A stretch of 62,933 bases of DNA, counting the filler, from Nemertoderma westbladi (lineage: Eukaryota > Animalia > Xenacoelomorpha), in assembly GCA_032718475.1 (NCBI GenBank). It is 3 parts of 3 records of this genome, joined end to end, with 100 filler letters (N's around TTAATTAATTAA, not from the genome) between each part and the next. Parts side by side here need not be neighbours in the genome. Positions count along the whole stretch, not along the records: positions 1 to 25,781 come from JAUCBJ010004293.1; positions 25,882 to 55,276 come from JAUCBJ010000965.1; 1 more part is not named here. One strand, 5' to 3'. Positions 24,806 through 37,707 of this stretch are shown here, piece by piece. The notes under the pieces are model-generated. The model did not search any database, had not been told where the DNA came from, and was given only the letters and a program-made list of their open reading frames with translations. Made by a program: the position numbers and the translations under genes. Position 1 is the first letter of the stretch. Every line of letters starts with the position of its first letter.

Positions 24806-25781
24806 TTATTGAAGGATCATTATTGTGAGCTAACCCTATTCCTTTATATTAATTATTTGTATTTATTGAAGGATCATTATTGTGAGCTAACCCTATTCCT
24901 TTATATTAATTATTTGTATTTATTGAAGGATCATTATTGTGAGCTAACCCTATTCCTTTATATTAATTATTTGTATTTATTGAAGGATCATTATTGTGAG
25001 CTAACCCTATTCCTTTATATTAATTATTTGTATTTATTGAAGGATCATTATTGTGAGCTAACCCTATTCCTTTATATTAATTATTTGTATTTATTGAAGG
25101 ATCATTATTGTGAGCTAACCCTATTCCTTTATATTAATTATTTGTATTTATTGAAGGATCATTATTGTGAGCTAACCCTATTCCTTTATATTAATTATTT
25201 GTATTTATTGAAGGATCATTATTGTGAGCTAACCCTATTCCTTTATATTAATTATTTGTATTTATTGAAGGATCATTATTGTGAGCTAACCCTATTCCTT
25301 TATATTAATTATTTGTATTTATTGAAGGATCATTATTGTGAGCTAACCCTATTCCTTTATATTAATTATTTGTATTTATTGAAGGATCATTATTGTGAGC
25401 TAACCCTATTCCTTTATATTAATTATTTGTATTTATTGAAGGATCATTATTGTGAGCTAACCCTATTCCTTTATATTAATTATTCGTATTTATTGAAGGA
25501 TCATTATTGTGAGCTAACCCTATTCCTTTAGATTAATTATTTGTATTTATTGAAGGATCATTATTGTGAGCTAACCCTATTCCTTTAGATTAATTATTTG
25601 TATTTATTGAAGGATCATTATTGTGAGCTAACCCTATTCCTTTATATTAATTATTTGTATTTATTGAAGGATCATTATTGTGAGCTAACCCTATTCCTTT
25701 ATTAATTAATTGTATTTATTGAAGGATCATTATTGTGAGCTAACCCTATTCCTTTATATTAATTATTTGTAATTATTGAAG
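24806..25781. repeat. 57-bp near-perfect satellite, ~17 copies, running into the gap
   Basis: Unit TGAAGGATCATTATTGTGAGCTAACCCTATTCCTTTATATTAATTATTTGTATTTAT. Confidence 0.95.
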
Positions 25782-25881
25782 NNNNNNNNNNNNNNNNNNN
25801 NNNNNNNNNNNNNNNNNNNNNNNNNTTAATTAATTAANNNNNNNNNNNNNNNNNNNNNNNNNNNNNNNNNNNNNNNNNNNN
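25782..25881. other. Artificial gap/linker N44-TTAATTAATTAA-N44
   Basis: Six-frame-stop linker inside an N run. Identical structure at 55277-55376. Confidence 0.95.
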
Positions 25882-26233
25882 TTAGAATCAGTGCCCTAGA
25901 AAACCTGAAAATGTGAATTTATAGCATCATATAAGTGAATTAAAAATTTTGTGTTCTAACTGAAAAGTGCTGGTTACTTGTTTTTTTCATTTTTTTCCTA
26001 CGCATAGAGGACTAAACAGCCATTTATGGTAATCATATCATTTTCAAATATTTTCCAATGTATTTTGCGCCCCAGAAAACCTATTTTGAAAAACAATTAG
26101 CCGAAAAATGTAACTTTCAAATTTTGTGAAAATTGTGCACTACTTGTAATTTTGGTGCTGCAATATTACCACCCCAGTAAATTCAGACGTTTTCGTTAAT
26201 ATTTGTGGATTTTAGAGGGAGGGTTCAATATGA

Positions 26234-26264
<31 letters not shown>

Positions 26265-26297
26265 TGTACAGCATTTTATAGCCCGGTACTAATAGGG
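25882..26297 (+). mobile_element. Partial copy (right end) of the piggyBac-like MITE family
   Basis: Matches ~47290-47718 and ends CCCGGTACTAATAGGG. Confidence 0.85.
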
Positions 26298-26839
26298 TTT
26301 TAAAAGACAAAATGTAAACAATCACAAATATATTATGAAACATATCACATGAAAGTAATTTTTTCTAGAATGCACTTATGTATTATATTAGGCCTATATA
26401 ATGTATTATTATTTATTATTGCTAGCTAGCTATATTTATTTTCTTTTGAATTTGACCTTGACTTTGACTCGGTAGTATAGTGTAAACGAGGTCTTAAAAT
26501 TTTTGAAATTTTTCAATTAAATTATCATGATATCTAGTAAAATTTATGGTAGCTAATAAATAATAAAAGCAATGATTAAAGTAATTTCAACAAGAAATTT
26601 TTTTTTAAATTTTAAATTTTTATTGTTGTTGTTTATTATTTGTTGTTTTATTGTTGTTTTTCAAAATTTCTAGCTACAATCTTACTGTCAAAATGTTAAA
26701 TGTTCTAGAATAAAAACCTCATGATAAAAGCTATTTTTCAAAAAAAAAATTGGACTTCTGGATGTCTCTCACAAAAAAACCGCTTTATCTAATACTGTTT
26801 AATTTAATTTGAATATATTTATAAAAACCTTTAAAAAGG

Positions 26840-27255
26840 ATTGTCCCATGCAATACAATATTCCATTGGAGCCACTAAAATTCAAAATGACCTCTATTGG
26901 ACACTGTTCATAAAGGGCCACCCAAAAATGAAATGGCTCTTACAAGACATTGTCCATTAGAGCCACTTAAATATGAAATATATTTCATATATATTAGGCA
27001 ATTTCCCTTAAAGCCATTCAAATCTGAAATGGCCCATATTGGATAGTGTCGCTTGGAGCCACTCAACTATAATGTGGCCCGATATTAGCCAATTTGTATC
27101 AACCGCCTTTGAAAAGGCAATGGCCCATGCAAGACCATGTTCCATTTGAGCCAAAAGTTCGAAATGGCCTTAATTAGTCACTGTTCATAAAGGGCCACTA
27201 AAAAATATAATGGTTCTTACAAGACAATGTCCCCTTGGAGCCACCCAAATGACAA
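26840..27255. repeat. Degenerate GAGCCA/TGGCCC short-period repeats, likely transposon subterminal repeats; related GGGCCATT repeats at 28865-29025
   Basis: Recurring motifs at ~20-40 bp spacing, with a ~280-bp higher-order duplication (CACTGTTCATAAAGGGCCAC at ~26902 and ~27179). Confidence 0.45.
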
Positions 27256-29553
27256 ATATTATTTAGATTATCTAATAATAAAAAAAATAAAATGTTTTTT
27301 ACAATATATTTTGTTACATTATGTCAACTTAACAGCGTTCTGGTGAATTACTCATAACGCTGCAAAGTACTACTTTGCAGCGTTGCGGCCTATAGGACGG
27401 AACGTTGCAAAACAACTTCAATTACCGTATTCCAGAATGTATTATTTCCATTTATGTTAATGATTGCAGCTTTATTATCCAATTTGCAGTGACGGGACTA
27501 GCTACTGGATGTAAATAATTGTTTAACATGTACTGTAATCCATTATGGCGAAACGTCCAATAGAAGACACTAAATTTAACCAAAGAAAGTGACGACAGTG
27601 TTCAGTAAAACTGAACGGACACAGACGGTGAATAAGTTTGCTTCAGTCGACTATAGTCAAGATGGATTAATGATTTATCACATCCAAGCAGGAGATAACT
27701 TCCAATAAACTTTAATTAGATTTAAATGTATAATTAATACTGTGTACCAGTGTACCTGTTAATAAATTTCACTTATAATCGATATAGTACATGATTAAAA
27801 TGTATAAATGAGCAACCATAAAATCCTTTCTTCACAAACCGAACGCTGATAAGTTGACATAATGTAACAAAATTACATACATCATTGCTTGCAAAGGTCA
27901 CTTTTCAGCGTTAAAGACCCTTGTTTATTGATGTAAATCTCCCTCGCTGCGCTCGCTCGGTACATAAATAAACTCGGGTCATAACGCTGCAAAGTGCTAC
28001 TTTGCACACAATGATGTAAATAGTTATTAGATTTAATTAATACGGGATAAAATTCACATTATAATAGGCCTATAGATAATTGTTACATTAGGGTAAGAGG
28101 CAAAACGTCTACATTTATGTCTCCAATATATGAATTACTGGTGGGGGATGGAATTCGTAGGGGTCGTAAGATGTATTTAGGCTAGTCTATAAACTAATCC
28201 CCCACCAATGACAAAATGTTAATAATGAAGTGTATAGTACGCGAAATAGTGATAAGTTATCCTTCCTAGAGGTACCGAACGGTCATACATTATTTCTTAA
28301 AAAAGCACAAATTGTAATCGCTTGTCAGTGAGAATTTATTAAAACCTGTTGTTATTTACAGTATTGTTATTTACAATTTAACATATTTTGTTTGCACAAG
28401 TTTCGATCTTCAAACGGCTGAGACATCCAAATAGTGGCGCAAATTGACCATTAGTGAAAAGGTATTGTTTATTGTTTTGGGTAGAAAACACCGCCACTAA
28501 TGTTTGAAATTTAAATAAATTAATTTTTTAAATCATCTAAAAAACACATATTTTGTGTTTCCGGTCACTTTGCGCCATTAACTCGAGAAATCACATCCGC
28601 GTTTTTAACTGTCGGTCATAAGTGATAATAATTATCTATAACGAAAGACTTAAAATCGTCTAAAAACTACTTATTGTACAACTCATAATCAGAAATTACA
28701 CTAAAAGTGAATTGTATGCGTTATTGTAGATATATATATTTTTTAAAATATCTGCAAAGGCATTTTTGGCTGTAGAATTAAATTGATAATAAATACTATT
28801 GTTTACCGCTAGGGGTGCAAGTTAAATTCATAAGAACTAAAGGCAATTTCCTTGTAATTGTTTATTTTGGGCCATTATGCCTAGATTGGGCCATTTTGTT
28901 CTAGGTGGGCCATATTTGCCCTAAGAGGACGTGTACCTTTTGGGCCATCGTAGTAGGATTAGGGCCATTGCTCCAAGCCCAAGGCCATTTAAGGGCCATT
29001 GGACCTTTAAAAGGTGGCCCTAATAGTGGGAAAGCTTATATATATATATATATTGCAGCTGCAATGCGGCATGCCGACAGAAGATTCTTTCTGATATTTC
29101 TCTAGTCTAAATCCCATACAAGATCTATTTGAGATCTATCTTGCAAGCAGTTAAGTTAGAATTTCAATGTCACTCAACTAAACCCTATTCAATCCAGTAT
29201 CAAAAACTCCCTTCAACCAGAACCCACCCACCCTTGCAACTTGGTTGGATGTGTGAAGCAATATGAAAGGTTGGGGGGATTTACGGCTGATGAGAGTCCT
29301 GAGACGATTTACGGCTGATGAGAGTTTACTGAAGGTCCACTAAATGCGAATTCAATATTCTTTATGAACTTTAGATTCCCCACTGTCGAAATCCCCGCAA
29401 TAGTCCTAATAATATTAATTGTATAAAATTTTATAGAAATTGTATAGTAGCTTATAATTGAGATTATAGTTTGTGTATAATAACAAATATATATTGTTTA
29501 ATATACCAAGTAAATATTCGCTGTGGTGGTGATTTTTTAATTTGAAAAGTATT

Positions 29554-30741
29554 ATGATGAATAATTTTGCAAACCATTCTCTATCAAATGACCTTAATAA
29601 TTCGGCAGAGGTTATTAAAGGGATATTATATTCGATTATATTTATTATGGGTCTAAGTATGTGCTCATTTGGATTGTATGTCGTTGTATCTGCATCAAAA
29701 AGACAACTTCGCATGATTGACTATCTAGTTTGCAACCTCCTTGTAGCAGACTTAGTCTACATTATCGGCAGTCCATTTATGGGTATAACAGCTGTGCTGC
29801 GTTCATGGATATTTGGAGATGTGGTGTGCCGCATAGTATATTCTCTGGATGTGTTTTCTATGTCAGCTAGTATTTTCACTCTCATACTTATGAGTATTGA
29901 ACGTTACCAAGTCATGGTCCAGGGTAAATCAGGAAAGGTGGTGAACAAATGGCCACTTGTTTGTTTATGGTTAATGAGTTTAGTTTTGGCATTGCCATTT
30001 GGGATTTTTACTAAGAACATGGAAAGTAGATTGTCGCCAGATAAGTGGGACTGCAGAGGAGATTGGCCTAGTGTAAATCATCCTTGGGATACCTATAAAG
30101 GCTATTTGACATGCCTGTGTTTCCTAATTTATATTCTACCTTTATGTTCCATCAGTATGGCATATTGGGCTATCTTGCGCAAAATAAACAACAATTTGAA
30201 TACATGCTTTGAACTGACTCATTTGCATTTGCCTGATGAAGACAAATTACATGAAGGTGTCAGTTTACCTGAAACTGGACAATCGGAAAGATTACAGAAG
30301 GAATTTGATCCTAGCGGTTGCATAATGAAATCAGAAGAACCATCATATATTTCCACGCCGACAACCAGAGGAATCTACCAAAATGGCGCAATAATAACTA
30401 ACCATCAACACAGCAGAAGCAAAGCAATAATGAATATCAAACATATGGACCAACAAACAAGTCGAATGGTTATAGCTATGATTATTTCATTTGCACTTTG
30501 TTATTTGGCCTTTTGGATTTTCCAAATGTTGAATTTTTTTTATCCAAAAGCATTTATAGGAGTGACTAATGAACATATGGGCCTAATACAAAACGTTGTT
30601 GTATTTTCAACTTATAGCAACACTCTGGTAGATCCTGTACTTTGTTTCATTTTATGCAGCAAATACCGACAATTTGTATTCCACATTGATTGCAGTTGCA
30701 TTGTACGGCCATGCCAACAACCCCAACCCCAACATCAATAA
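29554..30741 (+). CDS. Intronless class A (rhodopsin-like) peptide GPCR, urotensin-II receptor-like (somatostatin/opioid/MCH receptor group)
   Basis: Seven hydrophobic segments and N-terminal NxS sites. TM2 NLLVADLVY, ECL1 WIFGDVVC, TM3 SLDVFSMSASIFTLILMSIERY, TM6 FWIFQML, TM7 TYSN. These closely recall UTS2R motifs (recognised from memory, not searched). Confidence 0.88.
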   Translation: MMNNFANHSLSNDLNNSAEVIKGILYSIIFIMGLSMCSFGLYVVVSASKRQLRMIDYLVCNLLVADLVYIIGSPFMGITAVLRSWIFGDVVCRIVYSLDVFSMSASIFTLILMSIERYQVMVQGKSGKVVNKWPLVCLWLMSLVLALPFGIFTKNMESRLSPDKWDCRGDWPSVNHPWDTYKGYLTCLCFLIYILPLCSISMAYWAILRKINNNLNTCFELTHLHLPDEDKLHEGVSLPETGQSERLQKEFDPSGCIMKSEEPSYISTPTTRGIYQNGAIITNHQHSRSKAIMNIKHMDQQTSRMVIAMIISFALCYLAFWIFQMLNFFYPKAFIGVTNEHMGLIQNVVVFSTYSNTLVDPVLCFILCSKYRQFVFHIDCSCIVRPCQQPQPQHQ

Positions 30742-32749
30742 CTATGATCACTCCCTATACAGGTAATATTTGTATGACAGTTAATGAGTAATTAAGATGA
30801 AGTCGCACCAGCAACTGTCTGATAATGTATCAGTACTGTAAGTGAACATACATTAATTTATACCCATTTATTAATTTGGAAATATAGTATGATAATAGAT
30901 GATAGAGAATATTCTTCCCTTCAATTTGTTATTTTTATATTTTTTTCAAAACTTTAAACTCGAAATATATTTAACTACACAGTCAAAGCAAAGCAAACAG
31001 ACGGATGAAGCCAGAAGGCGACACAAAGGCTCCGCTTTCAATAGTCATTAGTACTTATGCAAACCCAGCGGTAGCAATGGGAACCTGGTTTATGTTGGGT
31101 GTTCGCGAGCATATATAAAATTCATAAACTCTGAAATATGAATTATCCGAAAAGTCCTGGATACTGGTGCAAAAAACCGGAAATCCAGAAAGTTAAAATT
31201 ACTATAGTTATGATGGTTTTGACGGACAACTAAACAAAAAACCGTCACTCACCATGCTTATAAAGGGGCCCAGAGTTCCAAGAATAAGTTCGACCTGGCA
31301 CCCGGTAGAGTTCCTGGATGCCAAGGCCTAGGTTTAGCCTAGCGCCAAAGGGACAATTGCCTGCAAGGCGGGGACCCTGAGCAGCGCTAGTCACCTTGGT
31401 ACAAGCCTGAAAAGGCTTCGGGCCATGATGACACTAGGCAAAGCAAAGGAATGACTTGCCTGAGGACAAACCCCAAAAGCGATTGCGAGGGGCGAGCGGT
31501 ACGCAGAGGTTCGACTTACTACTGACTCGACGGAGTGATATGCAGCATCACTGCTGCATTCTCTCACTGACCCGACAGACACCCAATGGACAGCTGAACG
31601 GCACTAGTCAGCGTAGCATGAGCCTGAGAAGGCATCGGGTTACGGTGACACTAGGCAATGCAAGGAACAGACCTGATGGACTACCGACGTACCTCTGATG
31701 GCCTACCGACCGACTTATGACAGAGTCGGACTGGACAGATGGGTTTCATACGTAGTTTAGGGGGTTCAAATCTAAAGTAAAAGTAAAGTCAGCTGCCCGA
31801 TTAAATAATTTGTACTGTAGGCTTGTTATTTTATTATTATGCTAAACTCATTGATTGTGTATATTCGTTCTATTTATATTGGTGTTGGGCAGTTCCATAT
31901 ATTTGTTGGAATCAGTAAAAATTAGTTTGAGAGTGTTAAAAGAACTAGATCAGTTAGAATAAATTGATGATACAACCCAACACGTTGTTTTTCATTTTTG
32001 CCTGCATTATTCAACCACACCCCAACGCAATACCGGCGGCTAGTATCGTTGAGATCGCAAACCCTCTCGAACTTACATCGGCCATTAAGGAATTAACGGC
32101 AACACTGGGGGTGGTGAAAATTGTTGGATAGTTATTGAGTGTTAACCTTGGGAGTTAGTGTGGCGCTCGCCCTCCCTTATAGGTAACAGCCAAGAGAGAG
32201 GAGCATTCGGCTTGCCTCAATTATTTTGTGTTTCACATGTCCACTGATCACTTTTCATTACAAATTTTGCACAAACAACGAAACATTACACAAACTTTCC
32301 ACGATATTGTTATTGCCATTGTTGTGCAATAACTTGCGGCATCACATTCTAGAATGTACGGCATGCCTACAATTATCCACACTAGCACAAGCAGACATAG
32401 GAACATAATAAGTCACGAAGAGGCTGAACCAACTTTTTATAAAAGAAAAATGGCCGGCCAAACTGATTTCATTTTTTGGGGCAGTTCAATGCCTCAAAAA
32501 TGATATTTTCAAAATTAATGGTTCCTCAATATGATGTAGATTACTGAAGAGTGTAATCATAAGGATATAAAATAATATCATCACAAAATGATATGTACAA
32601 ATGATATCTTTCGCATCTTTGATTACATCGCTGATATAGAAATTGAAGAGGTTAAATTACGGATTAAACCCCTACCCTGTTTAATACCGTTTCACGTAGT
32701 AAATCTATCAAGATTAATTGATTATCCGAATTTTATTTATATGAAGTTT

Positions 32750-35440
32750 ATGGAGTAGTAGTATACTTATGGTACAGCATCCTGCGAACTATTGACATTC
32801 CAACCGTGGTTAACGCCTGTCTAATAACAATGGTGCAATGGTTAGTCTCACATACCGTATCTGTTACTTCGGAACTAGTAGTAAAGCACTATCTGGCTGA
32901 GGAGATATATGCGGCCAATGGTATTCTATTTGATTTATTTGGTTTTAAGATTATTAATAGGCAGGATACTGCGGATCGCACTGCGGCTGCTGCTAATTTC
33001 TGAGACATTTGGGAAAAACTATGTGAGTTGGATTGTAGTAAGAGGATTCCTTTAATTGCTGTGTCAGCAATTGATGCGTTGTCCCTTCCACGTTTTTGGG
33101 TTCTGGTGGTGGAGTCATTACTGGTACCGGAACTGGTGGGAACAACCATGGGTCAAGTGTTTTGGACACCGATTGTATGTTGCGTCTAATCAGCTTGAAT
33201 ATAGATTGAATGTAGATGAATATAGATGAATATAGATTGATTAAATTCACAAGTCCATTGTAGAGAAACTTAAAAATAATAATGATAAAATTAAATTAAT
33301 GGAATCCCTGCTGCCACCACAGTCGTCATCTTACCTCGTAGCTCCACCAGGAGTTCAGTGGTTATTGTACAGCGCAGTGGTCCGCGCATCACAGTTCCAT
33401 GCCGGGGACTGATTACTGCCCACCAGCAATCACCACTTGCTGGTGTTCGCGGAGCCAATGGTGATACTATTGCTGGTTCCCCGAGTGCTGGCTTCCGCGT
33501 TGGTGGGACAGGTTCTGGAGCGTCGCGTATACCAGGGAGTTTGAAACGGCCCCGCCTCAACTCCGCTGATAATTCCGATATAAATCCTAGGGATGATCCG
33601 AATAACCCATGGATGAAAGTCAGGCCTCATAGCCGGGCGTGTATGGAAGGGACTAAGAGCCCTACCGGTACCGGGAGCAGTGGAGGGCTGCGGTTGCGTG
33701 CTGCTGTTGGCCCCCCTCCAGTGATTTATGTATGCAGATTGGACAACGAGATTACGGCGAAGGATCTATCAGAGGATGTCTCTTGGAGTCATGGTGGAAG
33801 AAGGTGCAATTGCTAAGGTTTCTCCCCCCAGTTCTTGGTCGACCAGTGTTATGGAACTCGCCTTTGTTCCGGCTGAGAGGAGTATTCGTTCAAAAGTGGA
33901 TTAACTATTCCAAAGGTCATATAAATCAGTGGAGGGGTAGGTGCAATTGCTAAGCTTTCTCCATCCAGTTCTTGGTTGACAAGTGTCAGGATTAAGGTCA
34001 GTAAATCTGATTTTGATAATGTTATGGAACTCGCCTTTGTTCCGGCTGAGAGGAGTATTCGTTCAAAAGTGGATTAACTATTCCAAAGGTCATATAAATC
34101 AGTGGAGGGGTAATAATGTTGAAAGGACCTCAAATGTGTAACCTTGTATTGATATATAGTTCATACTTACTATTTTTTTATATATATTTTTCATTTTCTT
34201 ATATTTTCTTAACCAGTTTAATACTTCTTGTTTAATAATAATTAATTAACAATGGCTACCCAAACCAACTCATCCGCTTTACATCGCACTATAGCTATGG
34301 TATCATATAATAGCATAGGTTTTGGAGCTGATAAAGTTGATTTTATAAAGTGTTTGTTGCCTGGTGCAGATATTGTCTGCTTGCAGGAGCATTAACTGAA
34401 GCAAAATTTAGGTTATATTAGTAAAGAATTTCCTAGTTTTCGTTGTTTTCATGTGCCTGCGCAATATATTAATGATTCGCAATCAGGGCATCCATCAGAT
34501 GGTCTGAGTATGCTAATTAATCCTGCCTTGGCTAGTTTCGCTTCCAAATGTGAATCAAATAACTCACGATTGCAAGGTGTAAAGTTCACTTTACTGGATA
34601 AATCGTTTGTAGTTCTTACTGTTTATTTCCCAGTAGATAGACGGTCTAACACTGTATCTGATGATTTTCTAATATTAATTAATGATTTATGTAATCTAAT
34701 TTCTACAATGAACACACCAAACATAATTATAGCTGGTGATTTTAATTCTGACTTTTTAAGGAATACTGCACATGTTAATTTGGTGTCATCATTTGTTAGG
34801 GATAATAATCTAGAATTGTTATGGAATAAATTTCCAATTGATTACTCTTATATGCAAGTAGTAGACAATAATGTGTCCACTAGTATAATTGACCATTTTA
34901 TTATGACACAACTGTTTAAATAATTGCGCAGAGGGTGGTGTGGTTATTCATAATGGTGCAAACATGTCTAACCATAGCCCAGTTTACGTTAAATTCGCTG
35001 TTTAAGATTTTGGGGCAGACCCAGTGGTCAGTAATGGGTCAAGTGGCTGTCCAAGTTACAGTCGTGCAAACGAGGAGCAAAGAATGAATTTTAAAAATAT
35101 AATAATTTACAGGATTTAAATTTCCAATGTGCTGATTGCGATATTCTATTTAGTGTTGACAGTTTACATGTTGGTAATATTGATACTTTTGCGTTTAATG
35201 TACTAGAAGCTTTGATATTGATGTACAATCTCTGCCTAAGCCTTTACCTGGTTGGAATAAACATGTGCGATCCTATCACGATAAAGCTATTTTTTGGCAT
35301 AATGTATTGGGTGTCCGCTGAAAGGCCCAATGCGTCTCAGAGCAATTTGTTTCATGTTAGTAGACGTGCAAACTTACTGTACAATATAAATATGCTGTTA
35401 GATGATTAAAAGGTAAAAACAGATCAAATTCGCGGCGCAT
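32750..35440 (+). mobile_element. Decayed LINE (CR1/L2-like): ORF1 remnant and APE endonuclease, RT missing
   Basis: From 34252: SYNSIG, DIVCLQEH*, VYFP, AGDFNSD, IDHF, SNHSPV (APE motifs) with stops. Broken ORF1-like frames upstream. Internal duplication at 33800-34110. Confidence 0.8.
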
Positions 35441-35586
35441 CTCTGCCTTGCATCCTTAAGTGGTAGCTAAATAAGTACTGGAGTTTGTTCTGGGGGGACC
35501 GCACTGGAAATAAGTCGTTAGACTTTGTGCGTAATCCCTGGCCTAGCAGCTGAAGAAAATTTACTTTTACTTTACTTTACTTTTTA
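35440..35586 (+). mobile_element. SINE 3' fragment with (TTTTAC)n tail
   Basis: GCCTTGCATCCTTAAGTGGTAGCTAAATAAGTAC is similar to the central SINE motif at ~19250-19290. Ends in TTTTAC repeats. Confidence 0.5.
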
Positions 35587-36607
35587 TGGTAGAGCACTGG
35601 GGTAAGCTGATAGTACAGTAGTGAGTGAAGTCTTCTGAGAAATTCAGAATATCTCATTTGCTCACATCTGAGTCGGAGAGAACTAATATGTCTTGTCTCA
35701 CCACCGTTCCCTTATAGGCTGCAAAATCATGGCTACCATTGCCAGATTCCACACGTTTAATTTTATCTAGTATGGATTCCTTCCGACAATACTGCGAGAT
35801 AATCCAAATGAAAGCCATTCAAACTGCTGTAGGTAAATTTTGGCTTCCATTAATTCGAACCAGTGTCAGTGGTCCCTGTATTGCTATAATGTCAATGGCC
35901 TCCCTTATATACAATATATATTCCTCATTGTTTGTAAATCCACAACAATTAAATGTAGTCATTTTTATAGAAACAGTATGTCCATTCCCATTATAATCGA
36001 CTGCTGTATTCCTCCGATATTATATTGGTATGCCAAACAAACATTTGTGTCCATCAGTACTGAAAGCATTCCTGTCAATTGGACCAGATCGGATTATACT
36101 TTGGCCTATTCTCTATGCCGACTGGTCATATTTTATTTCGGAAGGGTTTATTTTGTTGAGCTAACTGCCGAACCCGGCGCAATATTTATCAGATAGTTAA
36201 ACTTCATTTCGGCATTTTGATTATAAATTCTTAATATTTATCGCCTATATATATTTAGCGTTTATATTAATAAACACGCGAGTGAATTTACTGCAGGGCT
36301 GTCCACATCCACAGTAAAGTACAGAAGTTAGAGTCAAGTGTGCATATTATATTTGGATCTACCAACCATTCCTTTGGCTTCTAAAAACTAATTTTTGCGC
36401 GATATGATAAATTTTTTTGCGTTATGCTAATAAATTCCCGAAAAAATTTCCAACAAATAAAACCAAATGTATGCCGTAATGTTTGTCATTTTTTTGAGTT
36501 TAGTCATTGTTTATTTATCTTTTATTGTGAATTCGAGATGGTGAAATGTTGCCCAATGTTGATTAAATAAATCAAATATAACTAGAAAGCCAGCAAGCTG
36601 GCTTTAA

Positions 36608-37707
36608 GGGGGGGGGTAGCGCATTTTCTGACCAAAAAGTCGAATTTTTTAAACATATCCTATCTGATGTAGAATTTCATGCTGAATCCAAATATGGAAA
36701 CCGTTTTCCCATATCTTGCTTAGTTTTCGAGATATATGGGATAGAAGATACTGGCTCCGATATATCGCGATATCGGTAAAGGAGATGAAGTTTGGGGTTT
36801 GCATTCAATTTCTGCAAATTTCTGTGCTCAGTGGTGCTAATTAGATGTCTTCACGAGAAAGAGCACAAAATTTTAATTGAGAAAGTATTTTTTTATGATT
36901 ATTGGACCTACTGATCAGTTTATAAGACAACTTCAAGTCTCCGGAATGAAGACGAGACTCGAATAAGCGACTCTGCAGTCTTTGCGGGATTACACGGAAT
37001 AGACTTATCGGTCATCGGACATCTTCAAAATGTATAATCTCCAGTTCTAGTGGTCGTACGGAGTTCGTTTTGGGCTCATTCGAAAGCTCTTTTCTCAGAG
37101 ACCAAAGTTACCATTTGGTTTGGCAAACTCTTGAAAGCTGCCTGAGCAATCATAACTTGAACAAAATTTGCAAGGCATATTTTACCCAAATTCATGTTAT
37201 GTTGCCTTACAACCATTCTGTCTTAAACCAAATGGTAACTTTGTTCTCTAAGAAAAGAGCTTTCGAATGAGCCTAAAACGAACTTCGTACGACCTCTAGA
37301 ACTGGAGATTATACATTTTGAAGATCTCCGATGACCGATAAGTCTATTCCGTGTAATCCTGCAAAGACTGCAGAGTCGCTTATTCGAGTCCCGTCTTCAT
37401 TCCGGAGACTTGAAGTTGTCTTATAAACTGACAAGTAGGTCCAATAATCATAAAAAAAGACCTTCTCAATTAAAATTTTGTGCTCTTTCTCGTGGAGACA
37501 TCGAATTGGCACGATTGAGCAAGGAAATTTGCAGAAATTGAATGCAAACCCCAAACTTCATCGCAACTTCTTCTATCCCAGATATCTCGAAAACTAAGCA
37601 AGATATGGGAAAACGGTTTCCATATTTGTATTCAGCATGAAATTCTGCATCAGATAGGATATGTTTCAAAAATTCGTCTTTTTGGTCAGAAAATGCGCTA
37701 CCCCCCC
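36608..37707. mobile_element. 1.1-kb palindromic element with TTAA TSD and GG termini (Kolobok-like)
   Basis: TTAA|GGGGGGGGGTAGCGCATTTTCTGACC...GGTCAGAAAATGCGCTACCCCCCC|TTAA. Arms of ~500 bp converge at ~37160. Confidence 0.85.

Noticed and set aside
24809-25531. 240-aa repetitive ORF
   Set aside because: By-product of a 57-bp stop-free satellite unit. Later units contain stops.
25826-25837. TTAATTAATTAA as a biological motif
   Set aside because: It is centred in N runs twice, so it is an artificial linker.
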